A DNA stretch of 58,517 nucleotides, taken from Bacillota bacterium (GTDB taxonomy: Bacteria > Bacillota > Clostridia > Acetivibrionales > JANLFN01). Positions within the stretch are counted from its first letter, which is position 1. Every line of letters begins with the position of its first letter. Positions 49,954 to 58,517 of the stretch are shown here, in pieces. The translations under genes and the position numbers were made by a program. Location: NCBI GenBank assembly GCA_030705825.1, contig JAUZPR010000006.1, forward strand, positions 1-58,517. The letters run 5' to 3'. The notes beneath the pieces were generated by a model, which did not search any database, was not told where the DNA came from, and saw only the letters and a program-made list of their open reading frames with translations.

Positions 49954-52047
49954 TCACACATTAAAAAGCATATCCTCATAAGTCGGTAATGGCCAAAGCT
50001 CCGCATCAACAAGAGTTTCAAGCTTGTCACCATTTGCACGCAGGGATGACATTCCTGTAAATATCTCATCTCTGTAATAGCAGGCAATATCATACATGTC
50101 TTCGTTCTTTTCAGAAACTTTAGCCAGAGCAAGTTCCAATATCTTAATTTTGTTTTCAAAGGTAGCGGCTGTTGAAAGCACTTCAGACAAAAGCCCTGCA
50201 GGGGCTGATATATTTGCATTAACACCTGTTGATTTAATATTATTGATTGATGCTGCCAATTCGGATGCAAATTTTATTGCAGCCGGTAATATCTGACGCT
50301 TTGCTATCTCAATCATTGTAAGTGCTTCAATATTGATAGTCTTGATATAGGTTTCCAGCATAATTTCACATCTGGATTCCATTTCAGCTTTGCTGAGGAC
50401 ACCATGCTTCTCCATAATACTTGTGTTCTTTTCATCAATAAGAGCTCTTGTAGCCGCTACGGTCGATTTTATGTTGGGAAGGCCTCTTTTTTCAGCTTCC
50501 TTTACCCATTCGTCGGCATAGCCGTTACCGTTGAAAATAACCCGTTTATGCTCTTTTATGATTCCAAAAATAATTTTGTCTGTTTCAGTTCCACAGCTGC
50601 CCGAACTCTCCAGCTTGTCGGCTATTTGGCTTAAAACCTCGGCAACAATAGTATTTAATGTGAAATTGGCTGCAGCGATGGAAGCAGAGGATCCAACCAT
50701 TCTGAACTCAAATTTGTTGCCGGTAAAAGCAAACGGTGATGTTCTGTTTCTATCTGTATTGTCTTTTAACAGGTTAGGCAGAGTTGATACTCCCAGATCC
50801 ATTGTTCCACCCTGTTTTGAACTTCTTGCTCCGCCATTTTCAATCTGTTGAAGTATATCTGTCAATTGCTCTCCAAGGAATATTGAAATTATAGCCGGAG
50901 GTGCTTCATTAGCACCCAGCCTGTGGTCATTACCCGGATTTGCGGCAGACACTCTTAACAGGTCGGCAAACTGGTCAACTGCTTTGATAACTGCACAGAG
51001 AAATACGAGGAATTGCTTGTTTTCATGGGGTGTCGATCCGGGATCAAGCAGGTTAAGGCCGTCATTGGTACTCATTGACCAGTTGTTATGCTTACCTGAC
51101 CCATTAACACCGGCAAAAGGCTTTTCATGAAGTAAGCACACAAGGCCGTGCCTTAAAGCTACCTTCTGCATAAGTTCCATAGTCAGCTGGTTATGGTCGG
51201 TAGCCATATTTGTTGTAGAAAAGATAGGGGCAAGTTCATGCTGAGCCGGTGATACTTCGTTATGCTGGGTTTTTGCAAGTATTCCCAGTTTCCAGAGTTC
51301 TTCATTCAGCTCCTTCATAAAACCGGATATTCTTTCTTTTATCTGGCCGAAATAGTGGTCCTCCAATTCCTGTCCCTTGGCCGGTTTAGCACCGAATAGT
51401 GTTCTTCCGGTAAGTATCAGGTCTTTTCTTTTATCGTACAATTTCTTATCTATAAGGAAATATTCCTGTTCGGGTCCAACTGTTGTTGTAACCTTTACAG
51501 ATGTTGTATTGCCGAATAATTTCAAGATGCGGAGGGCCTGCTTTGAAAGAGCGTCCATAGAACGCAGCAAAGGAGTCTTCTTGTCGAGAGTTTCTCCGGT
51601 GTATGAAACAAATGCTGTAGGAATGCATAAGGTTCCATCCTTGATAAATGAAGGAGAAGTACAATCCCATGCGGTATAACCTCTTGCTGCATTTGTGGCT
51701 CTTATACCTCCTGAGGGAAAAGATGACGCGTCGGGTTCACCCTTAATCAGTTCCTTGCCTGAAAATTCCAGAATAACTTTACCGTTAGAAGTCGGATTTA
51801 TAAAGGAATCATGCTTTTCGGCGGTAATACCTGTCAATGGCTGAAACCAATGTGTAAAGTGCGTTGCCCCTTTTTCAACTGCCCAATCCTTCATTGCACT
51901 TGCAACAACATCTGCTACTGCAGGGTCTAAAGGAAGACCTTCGTCTATTGTCTTTTTCAAGGCTTTATAAGTTACTTTGGGAAGCCGTTCCATCATTACC
52001 GCATCGTTAAAAACATACGAACCAAATATTTCACTTAAATTTGACAT
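49954..52047 (-). CDS. glnA: Glutamine synthetase type III
   Basis: [53 protein letters not shown] and WPLPTY. Confidence 0.95.
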   Translation of the reverse strand: MSNLSEIFGSYVFNDAVMMERLPKVTYKALKKTIDEGLPLDPAVADVVASAMKDWAVEKGATHFTHWFQPLTGITAEKHDSFINPTSNGKVILEFSGKELIKGEPDASSFPSGGIRATNAARGYTAWDCTSPSFIKDGTLCIPTAFVSYTGETLDKKTPLLRSMDALSKQALRILKLFGNTTSVKVTTTVGPEQEYFLIDKKLYDKRKDLILTGRTLFGAKPAKGQELEDHYFGQIKERISGFMKELNEELWKLGILAKTQHNEVSPAQHELAPIFSTTNMATDHNQLTMELMQKVALRHGLVCLLHEKPFAGVNGSGKHNNWSMSTNDGLNLLDPGSTPHENKQFLVFLCAVIKAVDQFADLLRVSAANPGNDHRLGANEAPPAIISIFLGEQLTDILQQIENGGARSSKQGGTMDLGVSTLPNLLKDNTDRNRTSPFAFTGNKFEFRMVGSSASIAAANFTLNTIVAEVLSQIADKLESSGSCGTETDKIIFGIIKEHKRVIFNGNGYADEWVKEAEKRGLPNIKSTVAATRALIDEKNTSIMEKHGVLSKAEMESRCEIMLETYIKTINIEALTMIEIAKRQILPAAIKFASELAASINNIKSTGVNANISAPAGLLSEVLSTAATFENKIKILELALAKVSEKNEDMYDIACYYRDEIFTGMSSLRANGDKLETLVDAELWPLPTYEDMLFNV

Positions 52048-52083
52048 TTTATTATCCCCTTTCAATTGATTTAAAGTTAAATC

Positions 52084-52159
52084 AAAAAGCCTCCGGAAAA
52101 TCCCATAAGGATGATCCGAAGGCTGCAGTGCCGGTTTGATTTACTACCTCGTGGTAGTA
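52084..52159 (-). promoter_or_regulatory. ANTAR-type dual-hairpin attenuator before glnA
   Basis: tactac-CACGAG-gtagta, then ggc-ACTGCA-gcc overlapping the 5' arm of a terminator with a U-run. Confidence 0.7.
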
Positions 52160-52189
52160 TTAAATTTGATATATTTAAGTACTGTTTTA

Positions 52190-52528
52190 CTAAATAGCCT
52201 TATCGCCTTTTTCACCAGTTCTGATACGTACTGCATCATTAACACCATATACAAATATTTTCCCGTCTCCAACTTCACCGGTATGGGATATGTCACATAT
52301 AATTTTAATTACATCTTCAACATTGCTTTCACTTGTGACAATTTCAACCTTTATTTTTGGAAGAAGGTTCAAATTGACCTCCGTACCCCTGTAATATTCT
52401 TTTCTGCCCTTTTGCAGGCCGCATCCCATAACCTGGCTTATTGTTATTCCGCGTATATTTGCTTTATTCAATGCATCCTTAACGTCCTCAAGCTTACCTG
52501 GTCTTATTATTGCTTCTATTTTTTTCAT
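52190..52528 (-). CDS. glnK: P-II nitrogen regulator
   Basis: MKKIEAIIRP, QKG...YRG, TGEVGDGKIFV and RIRTGE; follows amt. Confidence 0.92.
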   Translation of the reverse strand: MKKIEAIIRPGKLEDVKDALNKANIRGITISQVMGCGLQKGRKEYYRGTEVNLNLLPKIKVEIVTSESNVEDVIKIICDISHTGEVGDGKIFVYGVNDAVRIRTGEKGDKAI

Positions 52529-52562
52529 AGCGGTTTCACACCTCTCTTATTAATATTTTTAA

Positions 52563-53906
52563 TTAAAGAGAAATACTTTCCTGACCGGAAAAATCAGGGT
52601 ATGCATCTTCACCGTGCTGTGATATGTCAAGTCCCTCTTCTTCTTCTTTTTCACTTACACGAAGTTTAGTAAACAGGGATATTACTTTCAGAATAACGAA
52701 TGTTCCCACAACAGCCAAAGCTATTGTTACACCAACTGCCAGCAGCTGAATCAATACTTGAGTAAATCCGCCTCCAAGGAATAAGCCTTTATGCTGTGCA
52801 TAAGAGTTTATAGCCGGGTCTGCAAAGAGGCCTGTTGCTATAGCTCCCCATATACCGCCTATACCGTGGCATCCGAATGCATCAAGTGCATCGTCGTAAC
52901 CAAGTTTTGCCTTGACTACACTGACTCCGAAATAACACAGCGGGCTGACCAGTAAACCAATGATTATTGAAGGCATGATTCCTACAAAGCCTGCGGCAGG
53001 AGTAATTGCAACAAGTCCTACGACTGCACCGGTTGCGGCACCTAGTAAAGTCGGTTTTCCATGGTGAACCCATTCTATGATTACCCACGAGAGTAAAGCT
53101 GCGGCAGCCGCTGTATTAGTAGTTGCAAATGCACTCATTGCAAGACCGTTCATTGCAAGGGCACTTCCTCCGTTAAATCCGAACCAGCCGAACCACAGAA
53201 GTGATGCACCTATAAGTACAAACGGGATATTATGCGGTGTCATTGCTACTTTGCCATGGCCTCTACGTTTACCTATCATAATTGCTGCGACCAGGCCGGA
53301 TACACCGGAACTGATATGGACAACAGTACCACCTGCGAAGTCAAGTGCTCCAAGCTTTGCCAACCAACCACCCGAACCCCAGACCCAATGTGCCAGAGGA
53401 TCATAAATGAAGGTTGACCACAACAGTATGAATACAAGAAATACGGGGAATTTAATTCTTTCAGCAAATGCACCGGTTATAAGTGCAGGTGTGATAATAG
53501 CAAACATCATCTGGAAAAAGGCAAACAATACATGTGGTATTGTAGTTGCGTAGGAAGAAGGATCTCCGGCTACTCCGCTGAAACCAAGAAAACTGAGATT
53601 TCCTAAAAGTCCATGTCCGGTATCGGGACCAAATGCCAATGTATATCCGATTATTACCCATTGAATTGATACAAGACCCATTATTACAAATGAGTGCATC
53701 ATAGTACCCAAAACATTCTTCTTTCTTACCATACCACCATAAAAAAGTGCCAAACCAGGTGTCATAATAAAAACAAGTACGGTTGAAATAAACATGAATG
53801 CAGAGTCGCCTGTATCAATCTTGGTTGCGCCATCTGCAAATGCTGTTACCGGCAGCATCAAAAGCACAAATAGGATAGACAGTAAAACAGGTAATTTCTT
53901 TTTCAT
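52563..53906 (-). CDS. amtB: Ammonium transporter
   Basis: MTPGLALFYGG, DFAGGTVVH, WFGWFGFNGGS and DDALDAFGCHG. Confidence 0.95.
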   Translation of the reverse strand: MKKKLPVLLSILFVLLMLPVTAFADGATKIDTGDSAFMFISTVLVFIMTPGLALFYGGMVRKKNVLGTMMHSFVIMGLVSIQWVIIGYTLAFGPDTGHGLLGNLSFLGFSGVAGDPSSYATTIPHVLFAFFQMMFAIITPALITGAFAERIKFPVFLVFILLWSTFIYDPLAHWVWGSGGWLAKLGALDFAGGTVVHISSGVSGLVAAIMIGKRRGHGKVAMTPHNIPFVLIGASLLWFGWFGFNGGSALAMNGLAMSAFATTNTAAAAALLSWVIIEWVHHGKPTLLGAATGAVVGLVAITPAAGFVGIMPSIIIGLLVSPLCYFGVSVVKAKLGYDDALDAFGCHGIGGIWGAIATGLFADPAINSYAQHKGLFLGGGFTQVLIQLLAVGVTIALAVVGTFVILKVISLFTKLRVSEKEEEEGLDISQHGEDAYPDFSGQESISL

Positions 53907-54035
53907 AAAACACGACCTCCTAAAAATAAAAATTTTAAATTTAACCCTTAAGCTATGCGCAAATTTGGTTCTTTCTGTTTCTAATGTTTTTTTAAGCTCT
54001 GAACCCCCTTTATGAAATTTTTAACCTAAAAAAAC

Positions 54036-54120
54036 AAAAAACGCCCAAACCTATATTTGTTCAAAAATATAGATTCCGGCGTCTAAGCCATAATAACAAA
54101 ATTCATCCAGGAATTTGTCA
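54036..54120 (-). promoter_or_regulatory. ANTAR-type dual-hairpin attenuator before amtB
   Basis: aaattc-CTGGAT-gaattt, then ggc-TTAGAC-gcc overlapping a terminator stem with a U-run. Confidence 0.72.
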
Positions 54121-54145
54121 TTAATTATTTATTAATTTTGATATA

Positions 54146-54174
54146 ATCATACCATCTATCCTGCAAAAACGCAA
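54146..54174 (-). promoter_or_regulatory. sigmaA promoter of amtB-glnK-glnA
   Basis: TTGCGT-17 nt-TATGAT just upstream of the attenuator. Confidence 0.6.
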
Positions 54175-54412
54175 TAGATTAATTCAAATTTTTTAAGAAA
54201 TCAAATAACTATTTTATTATCAATCTTTGTATCTTCTTTTGTTTCCCCTATTCAGCCCCTATTTTCCAACGTCTAAGCAATCGAAAGTAATCATGGCCTC
54301 AGCAGCCAGTCTCATCCTAAATATATTGCAAATATAAAATTTGCAATATCGATTATCGATTTATTCATTTTAATCAAATCATGCCAGTTTTAGATTTGCA
54401 TGAACAAAAAAA

Positions 54413-54509
54413 GCCACCCAAAAACCGTCAGGAGATCGTAAAAGGCGGTAATTGTCTGAGCAGCATTAACTTTCTTCCTCGAAGCTATGTTGTTCAGTTT
54501 TTGGGTGGC
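54413..54509. ncRNA. Candidate structured RNA element, copy B
   Basis: Closing stem gccacccaaaaa/tttttgggtggc enclosing two hairpins; 21 nt identical to copy A. Confidence 0.55.
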
Positions 54510-54559
54510 AAAAATTGTTTAATATATTGTTTAAATTTTTTATCTAAAACTTATTGTAT

Positions 54560-55582
54560 TCAAATTAAAAAGATTATTCCAAAGTAAACCGACATAATGC
54601 CAAGTCCAAGCGGCACACCCAGTCGGGCCCATTCTTTGCTTTTGATTCTTAGCTTTCCCGCCGATATTATATTGGGTATATTGCCGGGTATCAGCATACC
54701 TCCGCTTACAAGCAGTCCCATCAATACAGCCTGAATTTGCAGTGAAGACATTTTGTTGCTAACTTCAGCAGCTGTAAGAGTCGCATTATCCAATATAGCC
54801 GAAATCATATTTATCCAATATAGCAACCAACTTTTAAGCTGAATTACGTACATATCCACCAAAGGTTTAAAACCGGTTCCTAAAAGCTCTAATGCCAGAA
54901 CGAAAAGAAATATCTTACCGGTTCTGATAAAGCTGTCTTTATATGTTTCCTCTTCTTCAATTTCATCCGGTAGATCTGTATTTATACTACCGTTTCTTAT
55001 ATAGAAGAAACCCACAAGTCCTAATATTATAATTCCAGGTATTATATAAATACCTACTTCTCTTATCAAATACATAAAATCAGTATTCATTTTGGTTACT
55101 ACTACTGTCGAAAGCGGTTCGCCTACCGGTGTAAGTACTGCTCCCAAACCAATAGCAAAGCAGGCGATTATATCAATGTGTATCCTTTCTCCCCTGTTAA
55201 CAGGCAGCAAATTAATTATTTCAACAAGTATAAGTGCTGCAATTATTGCAGTAATAACACTCGATGCCAATCCGAGAACAATTATCAAAAGCATTACAAA
55301 AATTTTTAAAGGCATTAAAACAAGAATTTTATTTATAAAACTCCGGATAACATTTTTTAAAAGTCTAAAAAGAATACTTGAAACAAAAACAGCTATAGTT
55401 ATAAAATATAAAAATCTATTTTGAAGTATTTCTTCAAATAGTTTGGATGAAAATGTTCCCGAAATAATAACAGCCGATATTCCCATTATGAAAAGAAAAA
55501 CTTCCAGATTCTGTTCGACTATCTTCAATGAAAAGGGTAAAATCAAAACTATTGCCAGAACTATCAATAATCCTGCTGTCAA
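54560..55582 (-). CDS. DUF1646 family membrane protein (putative ion transporter)
   Basis: VEQNLEVFLF, GAVLTPVGEPLST, SAILDNATL and GGMLIPGNIPNII. Confidence 0.85.
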   Translation of the reverse strand: MTAGLLIVLAIVLILPFSLKIVEQNLEVFLFIMGISAVIISGTFSSKLFEEILQNRFLYFITIAVFVSSILFRLLKNVIRSFINKILVLMPLKIFVMLLIIVLGLASSVITAIIAALILVEIINLLPVNRGERIHIDIIACFAIGLGAVLTPVGEPLSTVVVTKMNTDFMYLIREVGIYIIPGIIILGLVGFFYIRNGSINTDLPDEIEEEETYKDSFIRTGKIFLFVLALELLGTGFKPLVDMYVIQLKSWLLYWINMISAILDNATLTAAEVSNKMSSLQIQAVLMGLLVSGGMLIPGNIPNIISAGKLRIKSKEWARLGVPLGLGIMSVYFGIIFLI

Positions 55583-55627
55583 TTCACTGCGCCTCCCTTC
55601 TGCCCGGTCTTCGATCCTCCATTATAG

Positions 55628-55679
55628 AAAACCGGTTGAAGCCTGAACTTTTGTGGGGCTGGTTCAGGCCCCGAACCGG
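55628..55679 (-). terminator. Terminator-like hairpin after the upstream amt gene
   Basis: ccggtt..gcctgaac/gttcaggc..aaccgg followed by TTTT on minus. Confidence 0.6.
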
Positions 55680-55727
55680 CATTCTTACTTGTTTAGCTTA
55701 AAATTACAGACCTGCAGCATCCGGATT

Positions 55728-57347
55728 TTAAGCTTTGAACATATTGTTTTTACCCTTTTGCAGCGCCTTTACCTGTTTGGGTATAACTGAATCCGACATG
55801 CTTATCTCCTGTTTTGTCAAAACGTAATCAGGATAAGCAAGTATACCCATTTCCGGAATGTCAAGACCACCGATTTCAGCTTCAGGTGCTACTCTGATAC
55901 CCATTATCTTGTCAAGCACCTTGTAGAATACGAAGGATGCGCCAAAGCCCCATACAATCAATACTGCGACATCTATAAGCTGTGCACCCAGCTGTCCGAA
56001 GCCTCCTCCATAGAACAAGCCCTTAACACCACCTGCAATTCCGTTAAATCCGTCGCCATATGAACCGTCTGCAAACAGTCCTAATGCTATCAAGCCCCAG
56101 GCACCATTTACAAAGTGAACCGATACAGCACCAACCGGGTCATCAATTCTGAGTTTATGTTCAATGAAGTATACCGAGAGGCATACAAGTACTCCCGCAA
56201 TTGCGCCAATCAGTACTGCCATAATACTATTAACAAATGCACACGGAGCAGTTATTGCAACCAAGCCTGCCAGAGCACCATTACACATCATAGATGGATC
56301 AGGTTTACCGAACTTAATCCACATATAAAACATTGCGACCAGTCCGCCTATTGCACCTGCCAGCATTGTATTTGTAGCAACTACAGCCAGCCTGAAATCC
56401 TGTCCGTTAAGAGTACTGCCTGCATTAAATGCAAACCACCCGAAGAACAGTATGATGGTACCCAGTATAGCCATTGGAATGTCATGTCCGGGGAATGCTA
56501 CTACTGTTCCGTCTTTTTTATACTTGCCTATTCTGGGCCCGATAATAATGGCCGATGCGAGAGCCATAATACCACCCATCGCATGAACGACACCTGAACC
56601 TGCAAAGTCAAGAGCTCCATGACCAAGGCCAAAATTCTTACCAAGGGTTGAAAGCCAGCCGCCACCCCATACCCAGTTGCCGTATAGCGGATAATATATC
56701 ATCGATACGAAGAATGAACCCATGACTATTGCCGAGAATTTAACTCTCTCTGCCATAGCTCCTGTTGGAATGGTTACAGTTGTATCCATAAACACCATCT
56801 GGAACATGAACATTGCAAATATTCCTACATCATAGGTTCCTCCGGAAGTAAGGAAGAATCCCTTATAACCGAATAGTCCCCCAAAGCCCTTTATAGCAAC
56901 TTCGCCGTTAAGAGTAGCAGTGCCCGAGCCCAATAGGGACGTACCCCCGCTGCCTCCGAATTGTAACGCAAACCCCATTATCCAATAACCTATAGCTCCT
57001 ACAAGAAATACCATCAGGTTCATAGCCATGGTATGCATTGCGTTTTTTGCCTGTGTGAATCCTGTTTCCACCAGTGCGAATCCTGCCTGGAAAAAGAATA
57101 TCAAGCAGCCGGTAAGAATAACCCAAACAAAATTTATACCTATTTTATTTTTTCCTACCTGATTGCCTATCTCCTGCATGGTAGGCTGGCCCGGAGTTTG
57201 TGCCGCCACATCACTTATCGAGCCTATGTTTGCACCCGAAGGATCACCTGCAGGCTGGCTATTATCGGCAAAAACTGCTGTTGCCAGGCCACCAAAAACA
57301 ATCAAAACTACAATTAATAAAACCAAAGTTCTGGTAAAAATTTTCAT
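55728..57347 (-). CDS. amt: Ammonium transporter (second, divergent paralogue)
   Basis: QAGFALVETG, DFAGSGVVH, FGWFAFNAGS and IDDPVGAVSVH. Confidence 0.93.
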   Translation of the reverse strand: MKIFTRTLVLLIVVLIVFGGLATAVFADNSQPAGDPSGANIGSISDVAAQTPGQPTMQEIGNQVGKNKIGINFVWVILTGCLIFFFQAGFALVETGFTQAKNAMHTMAMNLMVFLVGAIGYWIMGFALQFGGSGGTSLLGSGTATLNGEVAIKGFGGLFGYKGFFLTSGGTYDVGIFAMFMFQMVFMDTTVTIPTGAMAERVKFSAIVMGSFFVSMIYYPLYGNWVWGGGWLSTLGKNFGLGHGALDFAGSGVVHAMGGIMALASAIIIGPRIGKYKKDGTVVAFPGHDIPMAILGTIILFFGWFAFNAGSTLNGQDFRLAVVATNTMLAGAIGGLVAMFYMWIKFGKPDPSMMCNGALAGLVAITAPCAFVNSIMAVLIGAIAGVLVCLSVYFIEHKLRIDDPVGAVSVHFVNGAWGLIALGLFADGSYGDGFNGIAGGVKGLFYGGGFGQLGAQLIDVAVLIVWGFGASFVFYKVLDKIMGIRVAPEAEIGGLDIPEMGILAYPDYVLTKQEISMSDSVIPKQVKALQKGKNNMFKA

Positions 57348-57374
57348 TATAATTCCCCCTTAATAATTTGACAA

Positions 57375-57653
57375 TCAAACATTCTTTTTCAGAAAACCTT
57401 TCATGGGCTTTGAGAAATTCTTCCACGAGAACTGTGAATCTGGATCAATCCGTTTCTTAAGTTTAAAAAGAGATTTCATATACCTGAAGCCTAAAAATAA
57501 AACTACCAGGCCGATTACATACGAAGGTATTCTCGATCCTACAAGTCCAAACGACGTCTGGTAAACAATTCCGAATATAGTGAACAATATTCCAAGAAGC
57601 ATTATCAAAGCTGCAGTTATAAACAAAACTTTATATGCCGACCTTTTATCCAT
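57375..57653 (-). CDS. Small two-TM hypothetical protein
   Basis: ATG immediately after the P-II stop; two hydrophobic helices; FSWKNF tail. Confidence 0.7.
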   Translation of the reverse strand: MDKRSAYKVLFITAALIMLLGILFTIFGIVYQTSFGLVGSRIPSYVIGLVVLFLGFRYMKSLFKLKKRIDPDSQFSWKNFSKPMKGFLKKNV

Positions 57654-57654
57654 A

Positions 57655-57993
57655 TCAAATCGCCTTCTCTCCACGTTCTCCGGTTCTTATCCTAACCGCG
57701 TCTTCAATCGGATAAACAAAAATCTTACCGTCCCCGATAGCTCCGGTCCTTACTTTATCAGCAATTCCATTTACCAATGGATCTACTTTGTCATCAGGAC
57801 AGACAATTTCAACCTTGACTTTAGGCAAAAGATTTATGTTAAGTTCGGTTCCTCTGTAGACCTCCTTTCTTCCTTTCTGCAAGCCGCATCCGGAAACCAT
57901 ACTGACCGTCATTCCGAAGCTTCCCAGCTTACCGGTTACTTCCTTAAGCTCCTCAAGCTTTTCAGGTCTGGTGATTACCTCGATTTTTTTCAT
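57655..57993 (-). CDS. glnK: P-II nitrogen regulator
   Basis: MKKIEVITRP, QKG...YRG and TGAIGDGKIFV; AGGAGG RBS before ATG 57993. Confidence 0.9.
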   Translation of the reverse strand: MKKIEVITRPEKLEELKEVTGKLGSFGMTVSMVSGCGLQKGRKEVYRGTELNINLLPKVKVEIVCPDDKVDPLVNGIADKVRTGAIGDGKIFVYPIEDAVRIRTGERGEKAI

Positions 57994-58019
57994 ACAAACG
58001 CCTCCTTTTCGATATAAAC

Positions 58020-58107
58020 AAAAAACGCCGGAACCTATATTATCCAAATATAGATTCTGGCGTCTAAGCCTTAAGATATGAAACTCTGCCAGGAGCTTTA
58101 TATCTTA
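58020..58107 (-). promoter_or_regulatory. ANTAR-type dual-hairpin attenuator before the P-II/amt operon
   Basis: Long stem with loop CTGGCA, then ggc-TTAGAC-gcc overlapping a terminator; paralogous to 54036-54120. Confidence 0.72.
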
Positions 58108-58125
58108 TTATTAAATTATGAATTT

Positions 58126-58154
58126 ATTATACTATCAAACTTGCAAATATTCAA
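58126..58154 (-). promoter_or_regulatory. sigmaA promoter
   Basis: TTGAAT-17 nt-TATAAT. Confidence 0.7.
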
Positions 58155-58219
58155 TAATTATTTGTAAGTTTATTTTATTTCTTAATAATTTTGCAGGATT
58201 TTAATTAAAATATTTCATT

Positions 58220-58517
58220 TCAATCATTTCCGCGTACCATCAATATAGCTTCTGCTATTTCTCTCATAGGCATCCTGTTGTCCCGGCTTTTCTTTCTGAT
58301 TATCTCGAACGCTTCATTTTCGGATAACCCATCGCATTTTACCAATATCCACTTGGCTTTTTCAACTACTTTTCTGCTTTCCAGTGATTCATTGAGCTGC
58401 CTTATTTTTTGTTCATATTCAATAATTCTATGATAATTCAGCATACTTACATCCACGATTTGCAGGAATGCTTCCTCCATTACAGGTTTCGCTGTAAAGG
58501 TCACTATTCTGCTTTTA
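58220..58517 (-). CDS. ANTAR-domain response regulator, 5'-truncated by the window edge
   Basis: Receiver-domain end (KP), coiled coil, then RKVVEKAKWILV...LSENEAF..IRKKSRDNRMPMREIAEAI. Confidence 0.9.
   Translation of the reverse strand, partial: KSRIVTFTAKPVMEEAFLQIVDVSMLNYHRIIEYEQKIRQLNESLESRKVVEKAKWILVKCDGLSENEAFEIIRKKSRDNRMPMREIAEAILMVRGND

Noticed and set aside
54158-54176. sigma54 -24/-12 promoter suggested by TTGCA in the nitrogen promoters
   Set aside because: No GG at the required spacing; sigmaA -35/-10 boxes with 17-nt spacers fit better.
49818-54509. Twin elements as ends of a composite transposon
   Set aside because: Internal sequences diverge while structure is kept, there is no transposase or target duplication, and the enclosed genes are core nitrogen genes.
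1-58517. CRISPR array or cas genes
   Set aside because: No regularly spaced direct repeats with unique spacers and no Cas-like ORF; the repeats seen are palindromes or two-copy elements.

Overview
Low-GC chromosomal window from an anaerobic Clostridia member (Ruminiclostridium/Acetivibrio-like; inferred from gene content). All family calls are by motif recognition, with no database search. Left to right: (1) a DUF1015 gene end, then an exosortase-G (XrtG) surface-sorting and glycosylation operon (1308-7876); (2) housekeeping and probable sporulation genes, including cca, addB and an addA broken by a 1-nt frameshift; (3) a three-gene [FeFe]-hydrogenase operon whose NuoF/HydB subunit is fused to a GltD/NfnB-like FAD/NADP(H) module, with a candidate Rex box; (4) a polysaccharide deacetylase, a MITE-like element, REP-like palindromes, a nucleoside kinase, prfC, a large cNMP-domain protein and marR-yhgE/pip; (5) an AT-rich island (~41.1-46.9 kb) at the 3' end of a tRNA His-Gln-Lys operon, made of broken phage-like remnants plus three intact nuclease-domain genes (Schlafen/AlbA_2; beta-repeat + Vsr/DUF559-like; apparently catalytically dead tyrosine-recombinase fold + Zn ribbon + DUF3883), a candidate defence locus; (6) a nitrogen-assimilation cluster (ANTAR regulator, two P-II, two Amt, DUF1646, GS type III, Gln-dependent NadE) with three ANTAR-type attenuators and two copies of an unexplained ~97-nt three-helix element, one of which can base-pair with the amt ribosome-binding site. 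The strongest novelty candidates are the twin structured elements and the dead-integrase/DUF3883 nuclease operon.
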